Assembly (NCBI GenBank): GCA_031406795.1
Contig: JANOHV010000076.1
Span: forward strand, 1-54,644
Source of the DNA: Candidatus Rokuibacteriota bacterium
GTDB taxonomy: Bacteria > JAUVQV01 > DATDCY01
Direction: 5' to 3'
Length of the DNA: 54,644 bases
Numbering within the stretch: position 1 is the first letter of the stretch; every line of letters begins with the position of its first letter. Shown here piece after piece: positions 9,097-19,450 of the stretch. The notes below the pieces were generated by a model. The model was given only the letters and a program-made list of their open reading frames with translations. It made no database searches and was not told the DNA's origin. The translations under genes were made by a program, and so were the position numbers.

Positions 9097-11036
9097 GAGC
9101 GCGGACGCTGAGCCTGGCGTTCGCATACGCGCTGTGCGCGCTCACGACGGCGGCCGCCGCGCTCGCGCCCCTGCCGCGCACCGCCTGGATTCTGCTCGCG
9201 GTGGCCGGGGCAGGCGGGGCACTCTGGGATCTCCGCAGACTCGTCCGCGTCCCGAACGCGGTGCTGACACTCCTCGGGCTCGCCGGCTTTTTCGGCAGCT
9301 TGCTGCCCTTGCACCGCGAGACGCTCGCCGAGCAGTCGCTCACCGCGCTGACTTTTCTGCTCGCCATCAAGATCTTCGGCAACAAGACGCGCCGCGATCA
9401 CCTGCAGATCCTCGCGGTCGCGCTGCTGGTGATCGCCGGCGCGGCCTCGCTCGAGCCCGAAGTGGTGTTCGGCGCGCTGCTCGCCTCCGCACTGGTCATC
9501 GGGGTGCTGCTGCTGCTCTGGCTGCCCTTCTCCGAGCTGACCGAAAGAGTCGACGCGGGCCTGCTGCGCCGCCTGACGCTCATCGGGCTGGGCCTGGTGG
9601 GCGCCTCCGCGCCGATCACGGTGCTGCTCTTCATCCTGCTGCCCCGCTCGGTGAACCCGTTCTGGGCCGGCCTGGGCGGCCGCCCCCGCCAGGGGGTGTC
9701 CGGCATCTCCGATCACCTGCAGCTCGGCGAGGTCGGGCGCGTCGCGCTCAGCGGCGAGGTGGCCTTTCGCGCCGAGATCGAGGGCGGCGGTCCGCTGCCG
9801 CTCACCCCCTACTGGCGCGGCGCCGTCCTCGAGGTGACGGACGGACGGCGCTGGGAGATTTCCGGACGTAGCCGCCCGGCGACCGTCCTCGCCGCCGGGG
9901 GGACTCGCATCGTCTACTACGTCGAACCGCACGGCAATCGCCAGCTCTTCCTGCTGGAGACCCCGTCCGGGGCGAGCATCGGCACCCGGACGCAAACCAT
10001 CGGCGCCGCACGAGTGCTGCAGTTGCCGTTGCCGCTGGCGCGCCGCATCCGCTATGTCGGCAACTCCCGCCCCGCCGACCGCTTCACCGAGCGACTGGCG
10101 CCCGAGGAGCGCGCGCTCAATCTGAGGCTGCCGGCCACGCTTCCCGTCTCCATCCGTGCCCTGGCCGCGAGGCTCGCCGGCGAGGAGCGCGACCCGGGCG
10201 TTGTCGCCGCCCGGCTGCTGGCGCATTTTTCGCGCGACTTCACCTATTCGCTGCAAGTGCCCGACGGCTCGGGCGATCAGCTGGAATCGTTCCTCTTCGG
10301 CCATCGGACCGGTTACTGCGAGTACTTTGCGGCGGCGTTCGCCGTGATGCTGCGGACGCAGGGCATCCCCGCCCGGGTGGTCAGCGGCTATCTCGGCGGC
10401 GACTACATTCCCGCCGGATCGTACTACCGCGTCACCCAGGCTTCCGCCCACGCCTGGGTCGAGGCCCACCTTGGCGGCGACTGGGTGCGCTTCGACCCGA
10501 CACCGGCCGCCGCCGAACTGGGGAGCACGTTCGCGTCGCGCCGGGGGGGGCGCCCGAGGCTCTGGCTGGACACGCTGCGCATGCGCTGGAACAGCTGGGT
10601 GGTGCAGTACGATGCGGAATCCCAGCTCGCGCTGGCTCAGGCCGGCGCGGCGCGGATGCGCGGGCTCCGCGGCGGTCTGAGCGGCGATTTTCGCAGCGCG
10701 GTCCGGGCCGTCGCTGCCGCACTCGGCGTCGCCGCGTTGATCTTCGGGACGCGAGCCCTCGTTCGCCGCCGCGCGGGCGACCCGCTCGCCCGACGCCTCG
10801 CGCTTTTCGAAAGCCTCGCCGCCATCCACGGCGCCGCACGCGAACCGCACGAGGGACCGCTCGCCCATGCCGAGCGGTTCGCGCAGCTCGTCCCCGGAGG
10901 CGAAGCAGCGGTACGCGGCTTCGGGGCGCTGTCCGCCGCCTGCCGCTACGGGCGACGGCCGGCCGATGGCCGCGCGCTGGCGGAACTCGACGGACACCTC
11001 GAGCGTATCCGCAAGGTCATCCGCAGCGGCGGATAA
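9093..11036 (+). CDS. TgpA-like membrane transglutaminase-domain protein (DUF3488 + transglutaminase core)
   Basis: GTG overlaps the DUF58 stop. N-terminal TM helices, YWRG, catalytic triad motifs GYCEYF / HAW / FDPT. Confidence 0.9.
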   Translation: MRARTLSLAFAYALCALTTAAAALAPLPRTAWILLAVAGAGGALWDLRRLVRVPNAVLTLLGLAGFFGSLLPLHRETLAEQSLTALTFLLAIKIFGNKTRRDHLQILAVALLVIAGAASLEPEVVFGALLASALVIGVLLLLWLPFSELTERVDAGLLRRLTLIGLGLVGASAPITVLLFILLPRSVNPFWAGLGGRPRQGVSGISDHLQLGEVGRVALSGEVAFRAEIEGGGPLPLTPYWRGAVLEVTDGRRWEISGRSRPATVLAAGGTRIVYYVEPHGNRQLFLLETPSGASIGTRTQTIGAARVLQLPLPLARRIRYVGNSRPADRFTERLAPEERALNLRLPATLPVSIRALAARLAGEERDPGVVAARLLAHFSRDFTYSLQVPDGSGDQLESFLFGHRTGYCEYFAAAFAVMLRTQGIPARVVSGYLGGDYIPAGSYYRVTQASAHAWVEAHLGGDWVRFDPTPAAAELGSTFASRRGGRPRLWLDTLRMRWNSWVVQYDAESQLALAQAGAARMRGLRGGLSGDFRSAVRAVAAALGVAALIFGTRALVRRRAGDPLARRLALFESLAAIHGAAREPHEGPLAHAERFAQLVPGGEAAVRGFGALSAACRYGRRPADGRALAELDGHLERIRKVIRSGG

Positions 11037-11037
11037 A

Positions 11038-11167
11038 GGACCGCGCTGCTCGCGACAAGCGTTGCTTGACCGCTGCCCCCCTGCTCTTCGTGAGCGAAAT
11101 CAGGCTTTTCCCGGTGAGTTGAAATGCCTGCTGTTCTGCCGGATCCGCACGTACGTGCGGATCGAGG
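11038..11167. repeat. Repeat family A copy 2
   Basis: About 130 bp direct repeat of 2789-2919 with scattered substitutions, including a compensatory pair in the terminal hairpin. Confidence 0.85.
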
Positions 11168-11170
11168 AGG

Positions 11171-11227
11171 CTGCCGCGGACGCGTACTCCCGTACGCCGC
11201 ACCGGCAAAGCGCGGGTCAACGCCGCC
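11171..11227 (-). repeat. Partial copy (central hairpin) of repeat family B
   Basis: Reverse complement GGCGGCGTTG...GTGCGGCGTACGGGAGTACGCGTCCGC matches the core GGCGGCGTTG...GTGCGGCG-hairpin-CGCCTCCGC of 50182-50323. Confidence 0.55.
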
Positions 11228-11276
11228 GGGGCGGAAAGGCGCGCGGGAGCGGTAGGGTCGATACACGGTCCGCCCC

Positions 11277-11305
11277 TTGCAGACCGGGGGACGTGACCGT
11301 ACTAT
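11277..11305 (+). promoter_or_regulatory. Putative sigma70 promoter of purH-purD-purE
   Basis: TTGCAG-17 bp-TACTAT, 35 bp upstream of the ATG. Confidence 0.55.
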
Positions 11306-11339
11306 GATGGTCGGCCATCAACACGGAGGACGCACAACC

Positions 11340-12905
11340 ATGCCGAAGATTCACCGCGCCCTGATCAGCGTTTCCGACAAGACCGGACTGCTCGGGCTGG
11401 CAGCCGCCCTGCGGCGCCACGGCGTCGAGATCCTCTCCACCGGCGGGACCGCGAAAACGCTCGCCGACGCCGGCATACCCGTCGTCCAGGTTTCGGACTA
11501 CACCGGCCAGCCCGAGATCCTCGAGGGACGGGTGAAGACCCTGGTGCCCCGCATCCACGGCGGGATCCTCGCCCGCCGCGGCTCGGCGAGCCACAAGCGC
11601 GAGATGAAGGCCCACAACATCCTGCCGATCGACCTGGTGGTGGTGAACCTCTACCCGTTCGAGTCGGCAGCCTTCCGCGCCGGCGCCGGTTTCCAGCACG
11701 TCATCGAGAACATCGACATCGGCGGGCCGACCATGGTGCGCGCCGCGGCGAAGAATTTCGCGGACGTCACGGTCGTTGTCGACCCCGGGGACTACCCGGC
11801 GATCGTCGCGGAACTCGACGCTCACCGCGGCGGGGTGTTGCCGGCGACGAATTTCGCGCTCGCCCGCAAGGCCTTTGCGCACACGGCGTACTACGACTCG
11901 GTGATCGCCGGCTGGCTGGCGACGGCGCAGCCGGACGCGAAGCAGCCCGTCGCGCTGCCGCCGGCCTACCCGCCGACGCTCGCGCTGCCCCTCGTCAAGG
12001 TCCAGGATCTGCGCTACGGGGAGAACCCGCACCAGAGCGCCGCGCTCTACCGCGAGCCCGGGCCGCCCGTCGGCGTGGCCGGCGCGACGCAGCTGGGCGG
12101 CAAGGAGCTGTCCTTCAACAATCTTCTCGACCTCGAGGCGGCCTGGGCCGCCGCGCGGGACTTCGCCGGCCGGCCCTTCGCCGTCATCGTCAAACACAAC
12201 AACCCCTGCGGCGCCGGAGCGGCCACCGACCTGACGCAGGCCTTTGAAATGGCGCTGGCCGGCGACCCGATCTCGGCCTTCGGCGGCGTGATCGGCCTCA
12301 GCCGTCCGGTGACACCGGCGTTGGCGCGCAAGATCACCGAGACCTTCTTCGAGGCGGTCATCGCCCCCGGTTACGCCCCCAAAGCCCTCGAAATCCTGCA
12401 TCTGCGGAAGGATCTGCGCATTCTCCAGGCGGCGCCCGGCGCAAGCCGCGGCGACCTCAAGCGCATCGCGGGGGGGTATCTGGTCCAGGAATTCGACGCC
12501 GCGCAGATCCGCGACGTGCGCAAGCTGCCGATCGTCACGAAGCGCAAGCCGGGCGCCGCGGAGTACCGCGCGCTCGATTTCGCCTGGCGGCTGGTGCGCC
12601 ATGTCAAGTCGAACGCCATCGTCTTCGCCACCGACCGCCAGTTGGCCGGGGTCGGCGCCGGTCAGACGAGCCGCGTGGACTCCTGCCGGATCGCCGCGAT
12701 GAAGGCCGTGACGCCCCTGAAGGGAACCGTGGTCGGCTCCGACGCCTTTTTCCCCTTCCGCGACGGCATCGACCAGATCGCGGCGGCGGGGGCGACCGCG
12801 GTGATCCAGCCCGGGGGTTCGCTTCGCGACAAGGAGGTCATCGAGGCTGCCGACCGCCACGGTTTGGCGATGGTCTTCACCGGCATCCGGCACTTCAAAC
12901 ACTAG
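11340..12905 (+). CDS. purH: Bifunctional AICAR transformylase / IMP cyclohydrolase
   Basis: [64 protein letters not shown]. Confidence 0.98.
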   Translation: MPKIHRALISVSDKTGLLGLAAALRRHGVEILSTGGTAKTLADAGIPVVQVSDYTGQPEILEGRVKTLVPRIHGGILARRGSASHKREMKAHNILPIDLVVVNLYPFESAAFRAGAGFQHVIENIDIGGPTMVRAAAKNFADVTVVVDPGDYPAIVAELDAHRGGVLPATNFALARKAFAHTAYYDSVIAGWLATAQPDAKQPVALPPAYPPTLALPLVKVQDLRYGENPHQSAALYREPGPPVGVAGATQLGGKELSFNNLLDLEAAWAAARDFAGRPFAVIVKHNNPCGAGAATDLTQAFEMALAGDPISAFGGVIGLSRPVTPALARKITETFFEAVIAPGYAPKALEILHLRKDLRILQAAPGASRGDLKRIAGGYLVQEFDAAQIRDVRKLPIVTKRKPGAAEYRALDFAWRLVRHVKSNAIVFATDRQLAGVGAGQTSRVDSCRIAAMKAVTPLKGTVVGSDAFFPFRDGIDQIAAAGATAVIQPGGSLRDKEVIEAADRHGLAMVFTGIRHFKH

Positions 12906-12927
12906 CAACGGGGAGCGAGAGAGCGTC

Positions 12928-14205
12928 ATGCGGATACTCGTTGTCGGCAGCGGCGGGCGCGAACACGCCCTGGCCTGGAAACTGCGTCAGAGCCCCCGGG
13001 TGCGCGAGGTCTTTTGCGCTCCCGGGAACGGCGGGATGGGTTCGGTCGCCACCTGCGTGCCGATCGAATCCGGTGATCTGCGCGGGTTGCTCGCGTTCGC
13101 CAAGGAGCACGCGATCGGCCTGACGGTCGTCGGCCCCGAATCGCCGCTGTCCGCCGGCATCGTCGATCTGTTCGAGGAGCACGGCCTGCGAGCCTTCGGC
13201 GCCAGCCGCGCCGCCGCCGAACTCGAAGGCAGCAAGGCCTTCGCCAAGGAGATCATGCGCCGCCACGGCATCCCGACCGCCACCGCGCGGGCTTTCAGCG
13301 ACGCCGGCGCGGCGCGCGCCTACATCCGCACGGTCGGGGCGCCGATCGTCGTCAAGGCCGACGGTCTCGCCGCCGGCAAGGGGGTGGTCATCTGCCGCAC
13401 CCTTGCGGAGGCCGATGCCGCTGTCGCCTCGATCATGGAGCAGCGAGTGCACGGCGCCGCCGGCGATCGGGTGCTGATCGAGGAGTTCCTCGTCGGGGAG
13501 GAGGCTTCGTTCCTCGCCTTCACCGACGGCCGGACCGTGGTGGCGATGCCGGCTTCACAGGACCACAAGGCCGCCTTCGACGGCGATCTCGGCCCGAACA
13601 CCGGCGGCATGGGCGCCTATTCGCCGGCGCCGGTCGTCACGGCGGCTCTGCACGAGGAGGTCATGCGGACGGTCATGGAGCCGACGGTCCGCGCCATGGC
13701 CGCCGAAGGCCGCCCCTATCGCGGGGTGCTGTACGCCGGGCTGATGATCACGAGCGCCGGCATCAAGGTCCTCGAATACAACGCCCGTTTCGGCGACCCC
13801 GAGGCCCAGCCGATCCTGCTGAGGATGAAGAGCGACCTGCTGCCGGTGCTCGAGGCCTGCCTCGAAGGCCGCCTCGACGCGGCCACGGTGGAATGGCACG
13901 AGGATGCGGCGGTGTGCGTCGTGCTCGCCTCGGGCGGCTACCCGGGCGCCTACCGGACGGGGCTGCCGGTCAGCGGGCTCGAGGAGGCCGGCCGCGAGGA
14001 GGGGGTGGTCGTCTTCCACGCCGGCACCGCCTTGCGCGACGGCCAGGTCGTAACCAGCGGCGGCCGGGTGCTCGGCGTGACCGCCCGCGGCGCGACGATC
14101 AAGCAGGCGATCGACCGCAGCTATCGCGCCGTCGGGAAGATCCGCTTCGACGGGATGCAGTATCGCAATGACATCGGGCACAAGGCCCTGACGAAAGGAA
14201 CCTGA
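12928..14205 (+). CDS. purD: Phosphoribosylamine--glycine ligase
   Basis: GSGGREHAL, KADGLAAGKGV, GPNTGGMG, EYNARFGDPE. Confidence 0.98.
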   Translation: MRILVVGSGGREHALAWKLRQSPRVREVFCAPGNGGMGSVATCVPIESGDLRGLLAFAKEHAIGLTVVGPESPLSAGIVDLFEEHGLRAFGASRAAAELEGSKAFAKEIMRRHGIPTATARAFSDAGAARAYIRTVGAPIVVKADGLAAGKGVVICRTLAEADAAVASIMEQRVHGAAGDRVLIEEFLVGEEASFLAFTDGRTVVAMPASQDHKAAFDGDLGPNTGGMGAYSPAPVVTAALHEEVMRTVMEPTVRAMAAEGRPYRGVLYAGLMITSAGIKVLEYNARFGDPEAQPILLRMKSDLLPVLEACLEGRLDAATVEWHEDAAVCVVLASGGYPGAYRTGLPVSGLEEAGREEGVVVFHAGTALRDGQVVTSGGRVLGVTARGATIKQAIDRSYRAVGKIRFDGMQYRNDIGHKALTKGT

Positions 14206-14207
14206 GC

Positions 14208-14672
14208 GTGAAGACACCGAAGATCGCGATCGTCCTCGGCAGCAAGAGCGACCTGCCCTACCTCGCCGACGTCGAGCCGCTTCTCGGCCGGTTCGGCATC
14301 GCCCATCGCGTCGTGGTCGCCAGCGCCCACCGCCAGCCGGCGAAAGTCGCCGCCTTCGCGCGCGGCGCCGAGAAGCAGGGCTGCGAGGTGATCGTCGCCT
14401 GCGCGGGATTCGCGGCCCATCTGCCCGGCGTGATCGCGTCGCTGACCGCGCTGCCGGTCATCGGCGTGCCGCTCGACACCTCCCCGCTGCGAGGCGAGGA
14501 CGCGCTGTTGTCGATCGTCCAGATGCCGGGCGGCATCCCCGTCGCCGCCGTCACGATCGGCAAGGCGGGTGTCAAGAACGCCGTGGTCTTCGCCGCGGAA
14601 ATCCTCGCGCTCAAGTACCCCGCGGTGAAATCCGCGCTTCTCGGCTACCGGAAGGAACTGTCCCGCGGCTAG
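14208..14672 (+). CDS. purE: N5-carboxyaminoimidazole ribonucleotide mutase
   Basis: GSKSD, SAHR, AAHLPG, VQMPGGIPVA. Confidence 0.97.
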   Translation: MKTPKIAIVLGSKSDLPYLADVEPLLGRFGIAHRVVVASAHRQPAKVAAFARGAEKQGCEVIVACAGFAAHLPGVIASLTALPVIGVPLDTSPLRGEDALLSIVQMPGGIPVAAVTIGKAGVKNAVVFAAEILALKYPAVKSALLGYRKELSRG

Positions 14673-14706
14673 AGAAGCGGTCCGGGGCCGCGCGGGAGGT
14701 GCCGCG

Positions 14707-16701
14707 CTACTTGATCTTGAAGCGGGCCAGTTCCGTCTTCAGCAGGTCCGCTTGTGCGGCGAGGATGTTCACCATCTGATCGAGGCGCTTGACCCCCGCG
14801 GCGTTGGTGTTCGAAATCTCCTGGATCGACCCGATCGACCTGACGACCAGATCGCTGCCCCGCGCCTCTTCGCGCGCGGCGTCGAGCACCTGCTGCGACA
14901 GGCGGGCGGACTCTTCGCTGGCGCGGCTGGTGAGCCGGATCCCCTTCGCCTGCTCCGCCATCGCCTTCTTCACCTGGTGCGCGAGTTCGCGCATCGACTC
15001 GGCCGCCTTCACGATCTGGGCGCCGCCGGCCGACTGCTCGCGCGTGGCGCGGGCGATCTCCTGGGACATCTCGCTGATGTTCTGCGAAGAGGCGGCGATC
15101 TGACGGATCCCCTTGTACTGCTCGGTCGTCGCCTGGGCGATCCCCCGCGAGGCGGCCGACGCCTTCTCCGAGTTCTCCGCCGCGCGCCGGATGGTTTCCC
15201 CGAGTTCCTCCACCGTGCGCACGCCTTCCTCGACCTTGAGGGTGCCGTTGTCCATCGCCTCGACCGCGTTCGTCGATTCCTTCTTGACGCTCGCGATCAG
15301 CTTGGTGATCTCCTTCGTCGACGAGGCGGTGCGCGCCGAGAGTTCGCGGATCTCCTCCGCGACCACGGCGAAACCGCGCCCGTGCTCGCCGGCCTGGGCG
15401 GCGAGAATGGCGGCATTGAGCGCCAGCAGATTGGTCTGGTCGTTGACCTCGTTGATCACCCCGAGGATGCTGCCGATTTCGTGCGACCGCGCCTCGAGAC
15501 TGCGGACCACCGTCGCGGCCTGGCCGACCGAGGAGCGAATCGCGACCATTCCCTCCGCCGTGCGTCGCAGAGCGGTCAATCCCTCCTCGCCCATCATGCG
15601 CGCGACCTCCCGGGTCAGCTCGTGCCCCTGGCCGGCATTGCGCTCGATTTCGCGGACGACGGAGTCGATTTCGGTGATCGAGGAGGAGGTGTTCGTGACC
15701 AGGTCGGCCAGCCGCCCGACGTTCTCGGCGACGTTGCGGACCGACAGGGTCATCTCGGTGACCGAGGAGGAGGTGCTTTCCACGGCCGCCGAGAGCCCCT
15801 CGGCGTTGCCCGCGACCTGCTCGACCGAGGCCGACATCTCGAGCATCGAGGAGGAGCTCTCGCCGGCGAGCGAGAAGAGATTCTCGACGCTCTGGACGAC
15901 GGACTTGATGCTGGCGTTCATCTGCTCGATCGACGAGGAGACCGTGGCGACGGCGTCGGTCTGTCCGGAGCCGCCCTCGGCGATCCGGTGCGAGACTTCG
16001 GCGATGTCGCGCGAGACGACCTCGAGGTCGCCGAACGCGGTGCGCACCTTTTCGAACATCGCCCGCAGGTTCGCCGTCATCAGGTCCAGCGCCCGCGCCA
16101 GGGTGCCGAATTCGTCATTCGAGGTGATCGCGATCGCGGCGGTCAGATCGCCGGCGGCGGTGACTTCGGCGTGGCGCACCAACTGGCCGAGCGGCCGGCT
16201 CACGAAGCGCACGACGAAGATGGACAGCATCGCCACGAGCCCGACCAGGGTCAGACACGAGCCGATCAGGAGGCGCGAGGTCAGCGCCGCGAGTTTGCCT
16301 TCGACACCGGCGGTGGCATAGTGGATAGTCACCTTGGCGATGGGTTTGGCCTCGTCCTTGATCTCGACGGTGTACGGGCGCATCGGCCGGGCGCCGGACG
16401 CCCCGGAGTCGCGCCGGTCCTTGAGACCCTCGCCGAACGCGACGCTGGCGTACAGCAGATTGGGGTCCTCGGACAGCCGCTTCTGCAGGGCGCCCTCGAT
16501 GGCCTTGTAGTCGAAATAAGCGATGGACTCCTTCGCCTCGTTGCCGATCGTGAACGCGAGGTTCTTCGCGCTGGCGTCGAACCAGCGGTAGGTCTCGGCG
16601 CGCAGGTCGCGGAAAGAGGCGACGAAGAACGCCCCGACGAGCAGGGCGCTCACCGTGAGCAGCCCGATGACCGCCAGGTTGATCTTGTAGATGAGCCTCA
16701 T
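14707..16701 (-). CDS. Methyl-accepting chemotaxis protein (2 TM, small periplasmic domain, HAMP, long signalling domain)
   Basis: [31 protein letters not shown] hairpin tip; [14 protein letters not shown]. Confidence 0.95.
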   Translation of the reverse strand: MRLIYKINLAVIGLLTVSALLVGAFFVASFRDLRAETYRWFDASAKNLAFTIGNEAKESIAYFDYKAIEGALQKRLSEDPNLLYASVAFGEGLKDRRDSGASGARPMRPYTVEIKDEAKPIAKVTIHYATAGVEGKLAALTSRLLIGSCLTLVGLVAMLSIFVVRFVSRPLGQLVRHAEVTAAGDLTAAIAITSNDEFGTLARALDLMTANLRAMFEKVRTAFGDLEVVSRDIAEVSHRIAEGGSGQTDAVATVSSSIEQMNASIKSVVQSVENLFSLAGESSSSMLEMSASVEQVAGNAEGLSAAVESTSSSVTEMTLSVRNVAENVGRLADLVTNTSSSITEIDSVVREIERNAGQGHELTREVARMMGEEGLTALRRTAEGMVAIRSSVGQAATVVRSLEARSHEIGSILGVINEVNDQTNLLALNAAILAAQAGEHGRGFAVVAEEIRELSARTASSTKEITKLIASVKKESTNAVEAMDNGTLKVEEGVRTVEELGETIRRAAENSEKASAASRGIAQATTEQYKGIRQIAASSQNISEMSQEIARATREQSAGGAQIVKAAESMRELAHQVKKAMAEQAKGIRLTSRASEESARLSQQVLDAAREEARGSDLVVRSIGSIQEISNTNAAGVKRLDQMVNILAAQADLLKTELARFKIK

Positions 16702-16750
16702 GCCTTCCCCTCTTTCAACCGTTCGCTGCGCGCCCGTCCGTCCACGGAAA

Positions 16751-17617
16751 CTAGAACTTGAAGTCGAACGTCCTGGCGTTGATGCCCGCCTTTTCGAAAA
16801 TCTCGAACGTGTGGGCGAAATCCGCGCTCGTCGTCGCGATGAAGGCCTTGATCCCGAAGAGCTTCTTCACTTCCATGGCCTGGGCGCCGTTGTCGGACTC
16901 GATCTTGAGCAGCAGGCGCCTGATCTCCTCGCCGTGCTTGTCCGCGGCGGCGTTCGACATGATCAGCGTGTTGTTCGGGTTCTCGCCCTTGTCCTCGCCC
17001 ACGAGGGCGAGGCCCGGGAACTTGGCCGGGTCCCAGACCATGTTCTTCACGACGGCGTAATCGGCCGCGCCGCTCTGCACCGCGTTGATCGCGATCAGAT
17101 GGCTCGCCGCCGGGACCGGGGTGAAGACGTTCTCCGGCTTCTCGCCGGCGGGCAGCAAGCCGCGCACGAACGCCTCGCCCGAGGAGGCCAGCAGCGTGTA
17201 GGCGACCTTCTTGCCGCGGAAATCGCCGATCCCCGCGAACTGCTTGGTCCCCTCTTTCGCGATGATGAACGCCTTGTAGGTCGTCGCGCCGTTGGCGAGC
17301 ACCGGCCGCGCGATCGGCCTGGCGACTTCCTTCTTGATGAAGATCCCGGCGACGAACGAGCCCGAGAACATCCCCTCGACCTCGCCGCCCTGGAAGAGTT
17401 TGGCGGCTTCAGGGTAGTCCTTGGCCACGCGCAGCTGAATGTCGGCGATCCCGGGACTGCCGGCGCTGAGGTAGGCGGCGAGCGCGGCGTACTTCGGGCC
17501 TTCCTTCTTCGGGTCCTCGGAGGACATGATCACGAAATGCAGGGTGTCGGCGGCCAGCGTGGTCGACGCCAGGCCCAAGGTGAGAGCGAGGCAGAGCAGT
17601 GAGACAACCCTCTTCAT
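16751..17617 (-). CDS. PhnD/SsuA-like periplasmic substrate-binding protein (no ABC permease nearby)
   Basis: Signal peptide; [18 protein letters not shown] and [15 protein letters not shown] patterns. Confidence 0.75.
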   Translation of the reverse strand: MKRVVSLLCLALTLGLASTTLAADTLHFVIMSSEDPKKEGPKYAALAAYLSAGSPGIADIQLRVAKDYPEAAKLFQGGEVEGMFSGSFVAGIFIKKEVARPIARPVLANGATTYKAFIIAKEGTKQFAGIGDFRGKKVAYTLLASSGEAFVRGLLPAGEKPENVFTPVPAASHLIAINAVQSGAADYAVVKNMVWDPAKFPGLALVGEDKGENPNNTLIMSNAAADKHGEEIRRLLLKIESDNGAQAMEVKKLFGIKAFIATTSADFAHTFEIFEKAGINARTFDFKF

Positions 17618-17757
17618 GCGAGCACCTTTCTTTCCCGCCGCCCCTGCGGCGAATGTCGCACCGCACCTGTGATGATTCTAACATACTTTTTCCGCGGCCT
17701 GAGCGCAGCGCCTGCGAGGACCGGTCTGCCGCGCCCGCGATTCCCGCGGACAACCCG

Positions 17758-18858
17758 CTAGGGAATCTGCGGGTACCCGACCGGGATCTCGGGCCCGGTG
17801 AGCCCCTCCACGAGGAACGTCCGCAGCGCCTCCTTCTCCTCAGCGGTCAGACCGAGCGGCCTGAGTTCGGTGTTCCCCTCGCCGCCGCCGCGGTCGACGA
17901 AGGCGATGACCTCCTCGAGCGTCGAGAAGATCCCGTTGTGCATGTAGGGCGCCGTGCGTCCGATTTCGCGCAGCGTCGGCGTGCGAAAGGCCTTCCAGTC
18001 CTTCCGCTCCTTGGTGACGAGAAATCTCCCGGGATCTTCGGCGAGGGTGCGGAAGTCCTCATAGCCGGAGACCTTGGCCACGAAACGCCGCGTCGCTGCC
18101 ACACGAGGGTCCCGCTCGAATTCCTGGCTCTCGGGGACATTCAGCGCGTGAAACCCGTCGTCGGCGAGGTTTCCCCCGGCGTGGCAGGTGCTGCACCGGG
18201 CCTTCCCGGTGAAGACCGCCAGGCCGGCGCGCGCGGCGCTCGAAAGCGCACTCTCGTCGCCGCCGAGATAGCGGTCCAGCGGCGCAGCGCGGCTGACGAT
18301 GGTGCGCTCGAATGCCGCGATCGCCATCGCGATCCGCTCACGCGTGATGTCCGGCGAACCAAACACGCTGGTGAACGCTGCGACGTATTCGGGAACCGAG
18401 CGCAGCTCCTCCTCGACGAAATCGAGGTTCTGGTTCATTTCAAAAGCCGACATCAGCGGGAACAGCGCCTGCTCCTCGAGGCTGGCCGCGCGCCCGTCGT
18501 GAAAGAGCCGCTTCTGATAAGCGACATTGACCAGCGTCTGAGAGTTCCGCCAGTTGCGGGTGGTCGGGTAGTTCAACGCGATCGCCTGGCCGTCGGCGAA
18601 TCCCTGTTCGGGAATGTGGCAGCTCGCGCAGCTCATCGTGCCGTCACCCGAGAGGCGCCGGTCGAAGAAGAGCGTCCGGCCGAGGTCGATCTTCTCGGGC
18701 GACTGCGGGTTGGACGCCGGGATCGGCACCTCCGGCAGCGGCTCGAGCCCGCCCGCGCCGGCAAATCCGGCGAGAAGCCCGAGCACGACACTCGACACTG
18801 CCAGGAGCCTGAGCCCGTGCAGTAGCTGGGCCGTTTTCGGCGCGATGCTACTTCGCAC
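17758..18858 (-). CDS. Diheme cytochrome c peroxidase / MauG superfamily protein (atypical)
   Basis: Signal peptide; LGRTLFFDRRLS, CASCH, CSTCH, DGRA..LEEQA, FRTPTLR..TAPYMHNG. Start overlaps the stop of the upstream DsbA-like gene. Confidence 0.92.
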   Translation of the reverse strand: MRSSIAPKTAQLLHGLRLLAVSSVVLGLLAGFAGAGGLEPLPEVPIPASNPQSPEKIDLGRTLFFDRRLSGDGTMSCASCHIPEQGFADGQAIALNYPTTRNWRNSQTLVNVAYQKRLFHDGRAASLEEQALFPLMSAFEMNQNLDFVEEELRSVPEYVAAFTSVFGSPDITRERIAMAIAAFERTIVSRAAPLDRYLGGDESALSSAARAGLAVFTGKARCSTCHAGGNLADDGFHALNVPESQEFERDPRVAATRRFVAKVSGYEDFRTLAEDPGRFLVTKERKDWKAFRTPTLREIGRTAPYMHNGIFSTLEEVIAFVDRGGGEGNTELRPLGLTAEEKEALRTFLVEGLTGPEIPVGYPQIP

Positions 18859-19450
18859 GGGCCAGTTCCTCCTCGATCACGACCTTGAGGTAGTCGAACT
18901 CGCGGTTGCCGACCACCTTGCGGCCGTTGATGAAGTACGTCGGGGTCTCGTACAGGTTAATCGACACCGCGAGCGCCTTGTCGCGTTCGAGCAGATCGTT
19001 GTGCTTCATGGCGTCGAGATCGGCCGCGAACCGCTTGATGTCCAGTCCGAGCTTCGCGGCCATCTGCACCAGGCCGGCCCGGTCGAGCTTCGCGCCGCGC
19101 TCCAGCAGCAGTTCGTGCATCTCCCAGTACCGGCCCTGATCGCCGGCGGCGAGGCTGGCTTCCGCGGCCAGGTGCGAGTAATCGCGGTATTTGTACGGCA
19201 TGTTCTTGATCACGAGGCGGATCCTCCCCTGGTAGGCCTCCAGCAGCTTCCTGACGGTCGGACCGGCCGCCTGGCAGTGCGGTCACTGGAAGTCGAGAAA
19301 CTCGAAGACCGTGACCGGGGCGTCGGCCGGCCCGGTGCTCGGCGAGTTCTCGAGCGGGATCTGGTAGCGCTTCTCCTCGCTCCCCTGCGCGAGCACCGCG
19401 CCGGGCAACGCGAGTGCAGCCACGAGTATTGTCCACGTGAACCATTTCAT
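18848..19450 (-). CDS. Periplasmic DsbA/DsbG-like thioredoxin-fold selenoprotein (Sec56, UPHC), 200 aa
   Basis: The ORF track splits it at an in-frame TGA (19283-19285). Read-through gives GPADAPVTVFEFLDFQ-U-PHC...TPTYFING, with a signal peptide and a GGGAG RBS. Confidence 0.92.
19253..19285 (-). promoter_or_regulatory. Sec UGA codon and SECIS-like hairpin of the DsbA-like gene
   Basis: TGA, then 11 nt, then a GGCGGCCGGTCCGACCGTC stem-loop with a GGUC apex, similar in spacing to the E. coli fdhF SECIS. Confidence 0.7.

Noticed and set aside
11038-11339. ZTP (pfl) or purine riboswitch upstream of purH
   Set aside because: The ZTP signatures (GACUGGCG, CGCCUGGG) are absent. The structured sequence is a dispersed repeat also found at 2789 and lies upstream of the predicted promoter.
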